Origin: Antedon mediterranea
Taxonomy: Eukaryota; Animalia; Echinodermata
DNA length: 64,000 nucleotides
Reading direction: 5' to 3'
Assembly (NCBI RefSeq): GCF_964355755.1
Contig: NC_092672.1
Location: 16,182,001-16,246,000, forward strand
Shown: one piece after another, positions 52,017 to 64,000 of the stretch
Layout of the letters: each line of letters starts with the position of its first letter
Position numbering within the stretch: the stretch's first letter is position 1
Position numbers and translations under genes: made by a program
Notes under the pieces: model-generated
Database searches by the model: none
Told to the model about the DNA's origin: nothing
Seen by the model: the letters and a program-made list of their open reading frames with translations, nothing else

Positions 52017-54575
52017 TAGTCCATGGGATTTAGCTAAAAATTACCCTTTTCTCACACAAATTGCAAGAAAAGGTTTTTTTGATGAAATGTGTTCTTTAGA
52101 CCCTACTGAACACATTTATCAACGTTAAAACATTTTTCGACAATGGGAAGTAGTCTAATTTGCATAATTAAAAATGGCCGCCATTTTTAATAACGTACTC
52201 TGTATCTTGGAAACCGCTAGTCACAGATACTTAATTATGGTGTCAAAATCGTTAGAATATATGTTTTTATATTCACTGTAATGAAAAAGTTTGTCCAAAA
52301 ATGAAAGGAAGTGCTATTTCTAACATTATTGACCTTTGACCTTGGATTCTCATATCTCAGCAACCACTAATCGGAGATATACAAATTAGGGCTTAAATTG
52401 TTCAGAAACTACACATTTATATCCAGTCTAATGGCATGTTTTTGCAAAAAATGGCGGATTCTAACATTATTGACCTTTGACCTTGATTTATCATATCTTA
52501 GCAACCACTAATCTGAGAGACACACAATATGGCTCAAATTGTTCAAAAACTACATATTTATATTTAGTCTAATGGCATGTTTTTGCAAAAAAGGCCGATT
52601 CTAACATTATTGACCTTTGAACTTTGCACTACATAAAATCGCATAACTTTGAAAATATTGTATATATGAAATTATTTTTAGTGTCAAATTGTTCAGAACA
52701 TACATGTTTCTATAGAGTCCAATGACACATTATGTCCAATAATGGCCTATTGTATGGTTAGTAACATTTGAACTATATTTGAAAAGGATTTAAAACCTGG
52801 AATCTTCTTCATGTGGACATCCATTAGAACATGTGATTTGGCACTCTAAAATGTAAGAGTTGCAACATTGACTTATTATGTTTAGTTTAAAGTAGGCCAT
52901 GGTACATTAAATTTATAAGCATAAACTATTGCATTCATCCATAAACTGCCTACAAGTTTACACGTTTGTTTATTTTATTTCTTATCGTCTTCGCAGCTGA
53001 AGCTGAATTACAAGATATTTATATTAAAAGCATTAAAATTGATGGTTAAAAAATGATGGTAAAAATTAAACCACATAGAAACATGGTACATACACAATAC
53101 ATTCACGTAAAAAAAGTACAAAAACAAATTATAAAAGGTTAAAAAACTATACACCACTAGTAGTCATACTGTATATGGTTATTGAAATAAATAAATTCCA
53201 TAAGAAACTGAGGTTTTTACTGTATACAGCGAAAATATTGCAAGTGGTGGTCAGCCTAATTATGAGTCTCGATAGCCAATTAATTAAACTAAACTAAATA
53301 TGTTGCATTAATATCGATCTTTTAAAATTCCAGTTGTCAACAATGCGTCTAGTAGTAGGAAAGGCCTTCTTAATAAGACTATGTTTCAACCTAAAAGAAT
53401 GCCCTCAAGAGTGATGCTATCCTTAACAAAATATAAACTAAATAATCTTTAGAAATTTGTTTGTTGAATATGCCATTTAATGCCAATTTAATTTGATCAA
53501 AAAATACATTTAATAAACCTGCAAAATGGCATGGCCTATTTAAAGTATGTACAATATATCATTAAAAAAAACTACATCTTTGTTGGCTCTGTTAATAGTG
53601 CCAACATCAACTTTCTCATGAGTAAGACCTAATTGAAAATTTATTAATAATCAAAACCTATAATGTATGTATACATAGTCTAATATTTTTTTTTAAAGTG
53701 AATATTTTCAGTAACTAAATTAAATCAACTAGTTACATGCACTTTAAATTACCACCATATTCTTAACAAGTAGTAGTGCCAAATCACATGTTCTAATGAA
53801 TGCCTACATCTATGAAGAAGATTCCGGGTTTAAAAATCCATTTCAAATATAGTTCAAATGTTACTAACCATACAATAGGTCATTACTGGACATAATGTGT
53901 CATTGGACTCTATAGAAACAGGTATGTTCTGAACAATTTGACGCTAAAAATAATTTCATATGTACAATATTTTCAAAGTTATGCGATTTTATGTAGTGCA
54001 AAGTTCAAAGGTCAATAGTGTTAGAATCGGCCATTTTTTGCAAAAACATGCCATTAGACTAAATATATATATGTAGTTTTTGAACAATTTGAGCCATATT
54101 GTGTGTCTCTCAGATTAGTGGTTGCTAAGATATGATAAATCAAGGTCAAAGGTCAATAATGTTAGAATCCGCCATTTTTTGCAAAACATGCCATTAGACT
54201 GGATATAAATGTGTAGTTTCTGAACAATTTAAGCCCTAATTTGTATATCTCCGATTAGTGGTTGCTGAGATATGAGAATCCAAGGCCAAAGGTCAATAAT
54301 GTTAGAAATAGCACTTCCTTTCATTTTTGGACAAACTTTTTCATTACAGTGAATATAAAAACATATATTTTAACGATTTTGACACCAAAATTAAGTATCT
54401 GTGACTAGCGGTTTCCAAGATACAGAGTACGTTATTAAAAATGGCGGCCATTTTTAATTATGCAAATTAGGCTACTTCTCGTTGTCGAAAAATGTCCTAA
54501 CGTTGATAAATGTGTTCAGTAGGATCTAAAGAACACATTTCATCAAAAAAAACTTTTCTTGCAATTTGTGTGAGT
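52017..54575. mobile_element. Academ-like (TAG-start) non-autonomous foldback element, right end clipped
   Basis: Starts tagtccatggg. ~800-bp inverted arms 52050-52846 and 53776-54573 carry tgacctttgacc repeats. Confidence 0.75.
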
Positions 54576-56197
54576 TAAAAGTCTAACGCCCGTATTCTTA
54601 AACCGGACTTTAGTCGTAGTTCGAGCTAAAACTAAAAAAATGACGTCATTTTAATTCATAAACCGAACTTCAACTAAATCACCGACTAAATCAGGCCAAC
54701 CTCGACTAAATCGAGACGGATTTTGATCGATTTTTTTAGTCCTGGAGGGGGCAGACTAAATGGTCGACTAAATGGTTTTTAAACGATGTTTATAAAAAAC
54801 GTAACAGTCATTGAGTTGTTATATTGGCCAGATATAGTCCAGTCAATCTAGTGATATTTAGAGGTAAACCCACCACAAATTGCAATAGTAACGAAACATT
54901 GATTTTTTCATTCCAAATGTAGTTTAGAATGACATATTAAAAGTCACCGAAAATTGAAGCATTGGAACACATTATTTTTTACGTAATCTCAACAACTATA
55001 TAGTGATTTTATTCCGTCAATATTTTTGGGGTAGGGGTAACATTTATGCCCATAACTTGTGGGTTTATAATCCAATCTCAATAATCTTGATATCAATGTG
55101 TAGAATATATATTTCTTTCTAAAATGCAATTTAAAAAAACAAAATACAACACTTATTTATATAACTAGAGGTCAAAGGGTTATTGACCTTTTACAAAAAA
55201 TCATTTTTTCCTTAAAAAAATGATTAACTGCAATATCGTATGCCATAATTGTGGATGCATTTTAATCAAAATTGTGTTTTTTCTGTACCTATCGATATAT
55301 AAAATAGGAAACATGATGTTAACTAGAAGAATTTTAAAAGTAATGATGTACTATTCTTATTGAAATTGATTCTTGATCAAATGTAATGTAAACAATTTTG
55401 GGGTGGGGGGTAGCGTTTATGCCTATAATCTATTATTTTATAATCATATCTAAATAGCTTTAGTACCAATGTGTAGAGTATATATATCCTACTAATATAC
55501 ATTAAAAAAACAATTTATACAACAGTTATACGTAACTAGAGGTCAAAAGGTTATTGACCTTTTACAAAAACTCAAATTTTTCCTAACAAAATTATTAACA
55601 TGCAATGTCTTATTCCATAATTGTCGATGCATTTGATGTAACTTGTGTTTTTTCTGTACCTATCGTCATATGAATTAGGAAAAATGATGTTAAGTATTTT
55701 GAATTAATTATGCACTTATAATAAATAAATAAATAATAATAACAATAATAAAAATAATCCTATAATAATGATAAATTGTTATCAACAACAGGTAGTGTAG
55801 TAGTAGGTAACATTATTTTATGCCTGCCAATAACATCTAAATAACTACAAATGTGTATAATATGTATTGCTTACTCTAAAAACTAATTGATACAACAGTT
55901 TTTATGTAACTATAGAGGTCATTGACCTTTTACGTAAAACTAAATTATTCATTATTTTATGCCTGCCAATAACATCTAAATAACTACAAATGTGTATAAT
56001 ATGTATTGCTTACTCTAAAAACTAATTGATACAACAGTTTTTATGTAACTATAGAGGTCATTGACCGTTTACGTAAAACTAAATTATGGTTATATATATT
56101 TTATTTATATTTTGGTAGTATTTGGTGCAAATAATGTTTTTCCTGTATAGTACCTATTGCATCATCATGAAATAGGAAAAATAATGCTAGCTAGAAG

Positions 56198-56415
56198 AAT
56201 GATGACTGTCGCAGAGAACAGGACAATAGTCATCTTGTCAAATTTGCTGACGACACTGTCTTGCTGTCTCTCCTTCAAAATTCACAGGACGGTCATGGTT
56301 CCGCATTAGATTGTTTTATCCAATTTTTGTACTGTGTATTGTGATATTTTTGTATATTTTGTAGGATCATTTTAATCCAGACCTTTTTATTTGAATTGCT
56401 CCGTGTGGGATGATA
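56198..56415 (+). mobile_element. Internally deleted Rex1-like LINE fragment inside Academ
   Basis: NDCRREQDNSHLVKFADDTVLLSLL..GHGSALDCFI joined directly to a 3' UTR-like tail. Confidence 0.65.
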
Positions 56416-56469
56416 TTGTTTAATCCTTCAAATAGAAAAGGACTCACAACTTATATGTCATCAGTATCA

Positions 56470-58200
56470 CTTTCTTGTTCGGGTATTAGTACAGTGAAAT
56501 GCCATTGCATTCACCACATATAGTTCTAGTTACCCCTGAATGCTTCAAGGAGATACTCAGGTGCTGGCTTTAAGTCTGTGTGTAGAGGAACCATGTTTCC
56601 ATCATCTGATCTTCCATCCCCAATCCTCGGTACACATATCAACCCCACTCCATTGCTAAAAGATAACTTGAACTTGAACATGATGTTAAGTACCTTGGTT
56701 GTGGTACGATTATGAAGTTGGCGATATGCGAGGTTGTACTTGTAGATGGGATGGAGTCAAAGGCATTCCACGTTTTCCAGGTCGTCCATTGTACAGACAC
56801 ACTAAATCATTTTCTCTAGCAATCACAATGTCATCCTTTGTAGCTTGTTTGCATCTGAAGACTACAGCATAATGTAAGAAATAAGTGCAATGACAAGCTT
56901 TTTTTAGAGCCAATTCTGAAAACTCTGGATGTTGTGTCACCAGTATCGCATGAGCAAACAGAAGGTTATCACAGATGTCTCTCAAAAGTACTGTTTGAAC
57001 CAGTTTGATAGTCCAGCATCTCAGTTCCAGTCTAAAGAATATCACAAGATGTTTTAAATGCTTGACTGCAGAGGAGCACTAGTAGATCCGTGTCATCGGA
57101 TAATGACAGATGTTTTCCTGTTTGCTGATTCAATGGTTTTTTGTACTATCCGAAAGAACATCTGCATCAGCAGTTGCATTCACTCATGGCCATGTTGTTC
57201 AAATACTAGTTACGAAGATTTATAAATTGTTGTTTGTTACAGAAAGTGATCTAATTTTGTGGAACATGTCACCTTACCATGTGCGCCGTCTTTGGTGTAT
57301 GAACCGCTTTCATAATCATCAAAGACTATGATGGCAGAGCAATATTTTTTACAGATCTCTACACTATTCCATGGAATGCTGTGCAGTAGAGCACTACCAT
57401 CTAGAATGTAGGCCTACTGGACATCATTCAGTGATTTGGATGTGTTAGACTATTCAGAAGAAGTTGTTTCCACATAGCATCATGTTGGTTTATTAAAGTA
57501 TTGTAAGTTGGTAGTTTCAAAAAGTGCTGGTGGATAACAAAGTTCATGTTCATGTTGTCACCTCGAGTCTCCTCTGGAACTGTAGGATCAATGCACACAT
57601 ATTTGCCTGTATGTACATATGACTTGATTACCAGGATCTTGAATACATTGCAAGACTTTCTGGCCAAAATATTCAATGCTTAATACCACATTGCTTATAT
57701 TCCGAATCACCTGCAGTAACTCCCGTATCAATGGTATGAAGTCTCTGAGTCGTAACCAAATGTATTTTTCAATTGCCATTGTGTCCCTGACGTGTGGCCA
57801 TAAGGTCTTATGTTGGCCGCTGCTGGAGTAACGCCCTGATACTATTGCAAGGCATTACATACATTTCAGCGCAGATTTGGTCTGGATGTAGTCATTCCTA
57901 TATCTCTTGCCAAACCTCTGGTTTTCTTTGAGGCTTCTCATAGAAACCCTTTCAATCCAGTCCAGATGGTCCGAACGTCATACAACATGGAGGTCATTGT
58001 CAAACTGCTGTTGAACATCTTTCTATTTCTACTGGTTAAAAAATCGTTAAAATACTTATACATCCCAATATAAATACTGTAACCATGGCAACACAAATGC
58101 CATCTGGAAAAAATGGAATGTAGATCATCCAGAAGCAACAGGAACGGAGATGTCACTCATTTGCATCTTCAGCTGGTCATTAGTGTATCGCTTTGGACTG
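56470..58200 (-). pseudogene. Academ transposase pseudogene (RNase H-like C-terminal part, PIN/XPG-like nuclease and Cys-rich tail)
   Basis: Frameshifted motifs HVV*RSDH/WTGL, GQHKD, ADADVL, DDTDLLVLLC, FAHAIL/DTTSR, LVCLYNG, WGWKI/GNMVPLHTDLKPAPEYLL and CGECNG. Confidence 0.75.
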
Positions 58201-59249
58201 AAATGTTCACCCCAGGGTATCCCTGTGTGTATACCATTGTTGATTACAGCTAAAACAACATTTTTTGCCAAAATTGACACATCTTATGACTATAAGTTTG
58301 ATATCACTGAATAGGAAATTTAATAAGCTTTCGGATGACATAAATCAAACTTGTATATAATGTATTTCAAATGGTTAAATATATGTAATTAATGGGGCAT
58401 ATTAATTTTGAATTAAAATGACCTTTATTGACCTCTGACCCCTTGACCCAATGCTTGGATTTTCGGTGACTTTTAGTATGTTGCTCTACACTTTATATGG
58501 AATTCAAAAATACTTGCTTTGTTACTATTGCAATTTGTGGTGGGTATATCATTAGATTGACTGGACTAATATTGAAGAATGAAATATCTATATTTATATT
58601 AGCTTAATTAAATATACATTGGTATAAATTATAATAATGAAAATCATCTTTATTTACAACTGTATACAAATTACATTATTTTCTTCGCGCAAGTCCGACT
58701 TGAGCTACGTCACGCCATAGCGACAATGGGAGATGCGGCAATTCACCACGCGATGGAATGTTTAGGGGGCCTATCGCTTTCTTGTCACGCTATGAATGCG
58801 TGGTTCGTGGCGATCATACTTTGTTGGGGGCCTAGAAAATATAAAAGTTACCGTACCGCCATGGTTCCTAAATATATTTTTAAGATTTTATTTGTTGTTA
58901 ATCAAATATACTTCACTGTTAAATTAATACTGATATTGTTCTAATAATTAACGATTAAAATTATTTTTCATGTATATAGTCCTGATGCGTAAAAAGTGTT
59001 GTAAGAAATGGAAAGTGATATCAATGCGCAAAATTTCGTCTGCTCCTCAAATACTCTCTTGTCATTGGCCAATGTATAGCCTTTGTTACCCAGACGTGTG
59101 CAACTCGACTAAAAGCTCGACTTCATTAAGTCGAACTGCAAACTTCGACTACTTCGTTTTTTAATCGAATTTGAAGTAATAGCTCGAACTACGACTTTTC
59201 CAAGTCGAACTTCGAACTACGACTAAAGTCCGGTTTAAGAATACGGGCG

Positions 59250-59283
59250 TTAGCTTTCGTGGTCTTAGGTTTCGTGACACCCT
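59250..59283. mobile_element. Orphan right TIR of the 11199-12268 Mutator-like family
   Basis: ttagctttcgtggtcttaggtttcgtgacaccc is identical to 12236-12268. Confidence 0.8.
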
Positions 59284-59286
59284 TAT

Positions 59287-60455
59287 GGGGGGTCCCCACT
59301 AAAACGTCTCAAAATCACAGAATGACGTATCAGTAATAAACGGTAACTGATGTGCCGATCAAAGAACATGCCGCAACGATAAGAAGAGATTGATGAATTC
59401 TTGAACGCGTGTGAAAAGACTGTCATTTTGGAATACAAGGTCGACGTCCTAGAAGTAAGATGTATAAATGCATGCTGTGCCTTTTAGAAGCTAAAAAGCG
59501 GGAGATTATTTTAAAAGCTGACACTAGTTTCGTAACATTTATTTACAAGCATAAAAGATAATAACGTACAATGCAATAACAAAATGATAGATGAAGACAA
59601 ATATATTGTGTTGGGCGAGCCTTAAAGCTCAGGTACAGGCATGAAATTTTAATAAAAAATTTTGGTTAATTGTACATAAATCAAATATTTTTAACAGAAA
59701 TCAAGACGAAAAAACATGAATTTCCCTTAATATATTGTCAAATACAAAATTTGGCAAAATTCTTCCATAAAAACCAGGAAGACTTTTTTTCAGTAGTTGG
59801 GTGGTTAACCTAATGTAATAACATGTCTGGTGACTCCCTAGAAGGTGAAAAAAGATGGTGGATATACGGTGGATAATTTTTGCTATAGCATGAAAATAAA
59901 AATCTGAAGTTGAATAAAAATACCAGAAATGTAAAATTCAAGTTATATTACCTATATTTAGTCATCTGATAACATTTTTTACCACACTGTTTAGTTTTCA
60001 TAGCTTTTTAAAATGCCTCTCTATTTACAAAATTTGTATACAAAAGAATAGAGATTTTACTGTGTAATTTGAACTATCCCCCCACTGATAAGAAAGTGCT
60101 TATTTTCAACAAGCTTGTGTAACACAAATAAAATCCCAAAAATTATGAAACATAGGGGAAACTATAGATCGATAATTATTGAAATGTATGATCAATAGAA
60201 ATTTTTTGCCCGCACCTGGCCTTTAAAAAAGAAATGAATTTAAAAAAAATAAATAAATTGATAAATAAATAAACATAAATTCACGGTTTTTGCGATAAAA
60301 GTTGGGTTTTAATAAATAAATAAATTTGCAACACGCTTAATAAACAGGGATTATATTAGGGGGTCTCGGGAAATCTCGAAAAAAGAGACCCCCAATATAA
60401 TGAGACGTTTTAGTGGGGGTCTCTGTTTTCGAGTTTTTCTCGAAAACAGAGACCC
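59287..60455. mobile_element. Decayed Mutator-like MITE
   Basis: ccccactaaaacgtctca / tgagacgttttagtgggg inverted pair and gggtctc/gagaccc motifs. 59336-59420 matches 13175-13263. Confidence 0.55.
59626..60222. mobile_element. Kolobok-like non-autonomous element
   Basis: TTAA|agctcaggtacaggcatgaaattt ... aaattttttgcccgcacctggcct|TTAA, with AG..CT ends. Confidence 0.6.
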
Positions 60456-61439
60456 TGGGTCTTTGGAAACCCAAAAAGCGGAAACTTGTGAAGGGTTTCT
60501 TGGAAGTATTCTTTCTCTCGCCATGGAGTAATCTAATTAATTAATTAATTTAATTTCCATGGAGGAATTTGCCTCTCTCAATGTTTATTTACGTTTCGCG
60601 TACGTTTCATGCATTAATTTCAATTTCACGTGGAAAAACATGATTTATGCGAAGCGATAAGCAAGTCGCGCCGCGGTAATCTTTTTAGGGCCTTCATGAC
60701 GGCAACATCGGGTTGGCACGGTCAAAATACACTTTTGTCATCGTCATCCTTTTATATACTGACAAAAAGAAGGCTCTGTTCCTTTGGCAGAATTACAAGC
60801 AACAACTCATCTAAATATATAGTTATAAGTCACAGGGAAATAGTGTTTGTGATTATTTATTATCATTTTTTGAAAATTTTCAACAAATGATGTTGGATCA
60901 TAAACAAAAACAAATTTACACCATCCAGACCAACGTTTTATCGCCAATGCGTGATGTCTTTATTATCCACGTTACGGTATTATCCACAACGATAATCGCT
61001 CTTATTTATAATTATTTTATCTCAAACATTGTACATAGAAAAGAGCAATAAATGTTACGAAAAAACATTTCAACGATGGCGACACGATAAAAATGCGTGA
61101 AATTGTAAGCCTCTGTCTGTTGTGCAAGGAGCTAGTAGTAGTTGTTTCAGGCAGCGTGCTCTCAGGCAGCGAGCCCATTGAAATGTACGATTCCTACAAC
61201 ACGTAAATTGCTAGCCTAGAGAGTGCGAGTCGCAACCGGTCGGAGAGTGCGAGGGGGAATTCCTACTGCTGCTGTGAGGCGAACTGCATGCGTGAGTAAT
61301 TTGAACATCTCACGTGACATCAACATCCAATCAGAAAACAGTATTCTGGCTAGCTGGCAGGTTCGTTGAGCGTAAAAAAATATCGCACCACCGGACACCT
61401 AACAACATAACAAAAAAAATCTAAGATTCCAAAGGTTTC

Positions 61440-61781
61440 AATTCCGCCGTGGTAACTCACTTCCGCCGTGGCATTCTGTAATTTGCCGTGGTGTGTGTTT
61501 CACTATTAATTTGCCGTGGTGTTTCAATACTAATTTGCCGTGGTGTTTCATTTTTAAGTTGCCCTGGTATTTTTGTTAAATTGCCGCGATGTTTTATTTT
61601 TAATTTGCCGTGATGTTTTATTTTTAATTTGCCGTGGCTTTTTTCAAATTGCCGTGGCTTTTTTCAAATTGCCGTGGCTTTTTTCAAATTGCCGTGGCTT
61701 TTTTCAAATTGCCGTGGCTTTTTTTGAAAAAATTGCCGTGATATTTTTAAAAAGTTACCGTGACACTTATAGGCCACCGTA
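61440..61781. repeat. 20-21-bp tandem array (tttttcaaattgccgtggct) ending in a ...ccaccgta terminus; probable IS3EU-like end
   Basis: About 14 ttgccgtgg-type units. Architecture parallels the 50183-50696 end. Confidence 0.7.
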
Positions 61782-62187
61782 TAATAATGCCAGAAATGGC
61801 AACTATGCTCGCCATATATGCCGTTGCTTAAAGCACGCATGGCGTTCCATACAAATAACACATACCATACACATTATAATCAAAGAATATAATTATACAC
61901 ACGACCAAAGAATATATATATATATATATATATTCTTTGACACGACGTAGAGTACCGTCTCGTGTGTGTGTGGATTCCCGTGTGTGTAATCTGCGTTTGT
62001 GTTTTTCAAGGCGAGAGAGGCAATACAATTACAAGAAAGAACTAAAACAGTCAAATGTCACTTCTTGGGAAACAGTAAGTAGGGGCCCAGTTTGAGTAAT
62101 ACTAGGGCTAGGCTAGTAGGCCTAGCTCTAGACCTAACTATTGAAATATTAATAGGCCTAGTTAGGACTAGGGTAGGCCTATAGGCG

Positions 62188-62400
62188 GATGCTAGTCAAG
62201 TCGCCCCATCGCAAAGTCGCCCCATACAAAGTCGCCCCATACACAGTCGCCCCATCGCAAAGTCGCCCCAAAACAAAGTCGCCCTGACACAGTCGCCCCA
62301 TTGCAAAGTCGCCCCATCGCAAAGTCGCCCCAACGCAAAGTCGCCCCATCGCAAAGTCGCCCCAACACAAAGTCGCCCCATCGCAAAGTCGCCCCAAAAC
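62188..62400. repeat. 16-bp tandem array (aagtcgccccatcgca) forming a Mutator-like left terminus
   Basis: ggatgctagtcaagtcgcccc followed by ~13 agtcgccc units. This array explains the overlapping low-complexity ORFs. Confidence 0.8.
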
Positions 62401-63641
62401 GTTAAAAAATGGTTTAAAAGTGCGTAAAATGTCGCAATGATACACAAAATAACACGGAACGTGTAGGCATAAAAGGGGAAGCCCCGCCATGTAGTCTCAG
62501 GTCACACGATCGGCACGATCGGCACGCTCCCCAATCATCAGAGAGGAAGCCCCCAACTAATCACTCCGCGGTCACACTAACGTGCTAGCTCTCACCAGAG
62601 GGAAACCCCGTAATTACTCCGCCGTTGTCGCACTACAACGCACCATCTGAAGATGGGGAAACCCCGTCGGAGTTTTACGATGATATCAGTCGCGTTCGAA
62701 ATCGGTGGCGTTTAATTTTGGTCGCGATAAAATGATGTTATACGATCTAGATTATTTTTACTTTGGTCGATGAATATTTATTATTATTAGGCCTATATTA
62801 ATAATTGATTTTTGTATTTATTTTACACTGAGGTCTATGATGAGAGAAAGATGTGTGCCTTAAAAATGACAATTTGTAAACATAGTTTAAGATTATAGTA
62901 AGCCTATTATTCAGCATAATGTCATTTTAATAACAGTACATATATTTAAATGTGAAATATTTTATAGGGAACGTAGGCTACGTCTGTGTCTTTTATTTTT
63001 TATATGCAACAAATTAGGTAAAACAATTTATTTATAAACATTCAGTTTACTATTATATACATAGTATTACAATGAACATTGATTATAAGCATGGAAATGC
63101 AATCCCATCATTATATCCATTATAAAATTGCATCATATCGCCACTATATGTCGTAAATGATGACGTACATGTGTATTCGTCGTACGTCCGTGTACGTATT
63201 ATTCCGTGCCTCTTCACTGTCTTGTTTATTAAAATTAAATAAACACCCGATATGAGGATATTTATTAGGCATGATAATTAGAATGTTCTATAACCAAAAG
63301 GGTTGAAAAGAATTTCTTCAGTAAAATGATCATTCTGCTGTTGAATAAAAAGCGACTCGCAATCTGAAACATTCTCTGAAACCAATCGGAGCTGCTCCTT
63401 CTGGTATCTGTTTCTACGTCTTTCTGCTGCCCGTCGGGGATTCCCCTTTTTAAAAAACGCGCACACGATAATCATACTGTACGATGGTTTTTCCATGGTC
63501 AAAATGTAGCGTTTTAATTTTACTAATATACCTGCATGTGTAAAACGATCATATCGGCGAAGAAATCCCCTTTTTTTTATTTCTTTATTTTGAAAAGTCA
63601 TAATTAAAATTAAATAACTATAGGCACATAACTTGTCAATA

Positions 63642-64000
63642 CCGTACTGACGCGGGTATAAGCCCATACTCGGGTATAAGCCCACCCCCGACTTTTGACT
63701 AATTTTCATGAAAAATGAGGCACTCGGGTATAAGCCCACCCATTAATTCGAAGATCTACAGTGTGTGTCGTAATACATTATTTTGTATTTGGCGACGTCC
63801 ATACACCGAATACACCTACCTTTGATCATAACCAAGCTAGGCTAATATACGCTAGGCCATATGAGGCCTAGCGGTCCTGTTTTGTTTACACTCCATTGCG
63901 GTCGAAGATCGCTTCACACACGACGCTACAAGTCGCCAAAACGGAAAACCCCTATTTTAGTATTTGGTATCGGCTGCCATAAACAAGCTTATTAAATTTC
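63642..64000. mobile_element. Left part of a pogo/Tigger-like MITE
   Basis: TA|ccgtactgacgcgggtataagccca, with three cgggtataagccca repeats. The right end lies outside the window. Confidence 0.65.

Larger units (their letters stand above)
54835..58568 (-). mobile_element. Academ transposon with decayed transposase
   Basis: ATA|tagtccagtcaatcta ... tagattgactggacta|ATA, with the 3-bp TSD confirmed by the empty site at 46692-46704. TIRs ~120 bp. Internal tandem duplications 55020-55700 and 55810-56087. Confidence 0.85.
54587..59249 (-). mobile_element. Copy D of the CGCCCGTATTCTTAAAC-TIR family (inverted), interrupted by Academ
   Basis: 54587-54834 plus 58569-59249 equal the reverse complement of copy B. 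Confidence 0.85.

Noticed and set aside
61573-61950. 125-aa ORF
   Set aside because: Derived from the 20-bp ttgccgtgg array
62179-62490. Three overlapping ORFs with WGDFAMGRLC repeats
   Set aside because: Translation artefact of a 16-bp tandem repeat
63278-63739. 153-aa ORF
   Set aside because: Starts inside a MITE TIR and crosses the insertion boundary, and I recognise no domain

Overview
AT-rich eukaryotic (metazoan) genomic DNA, not prokaryotic. The TAGGCCTA-rich composition and TE spectrum suggest a marine invertebrate, possibly an echinoderm; this is inference only. I see no intact protein-coding gene, rRNA/tRNA gene or CRISPR array, and nearly all ORF-track entries are spurious or TE debris. 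The window is a dense, heavily nested transposon graveyard. It holds decayed autonomous elements (P-element transposase exon, PIF/Harbinger with a convergent MADF gene, intron-containing Merlin, Academ, BEL/Pao gag, several LINE fragments) and many non-autonomous elements with readable TIRs and TSDs (Mutator-like, piggyBac-like, pogo/Tigger-like, hAT, IS3EU-like, Kolobok-like, Helentron-like). The most unusual structures are a ~720-bp spacer-less palindrome (45639-46356), two CGCCGTGG-ended cargo elements inserted back-to-back in one A-tract (31306-43290), a 13.6-kb nested cluster, recurrent ~100-bp inverted templated insertions, a head-to-tail Helentron-like junction, an 88-bp hairpin array, and a candidate 44-nt host exon. 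All coordinates and translations were read by eye and may be off by a few bases. Superfamily calls rest on recalled motifs and TSD rules, not on database searches.
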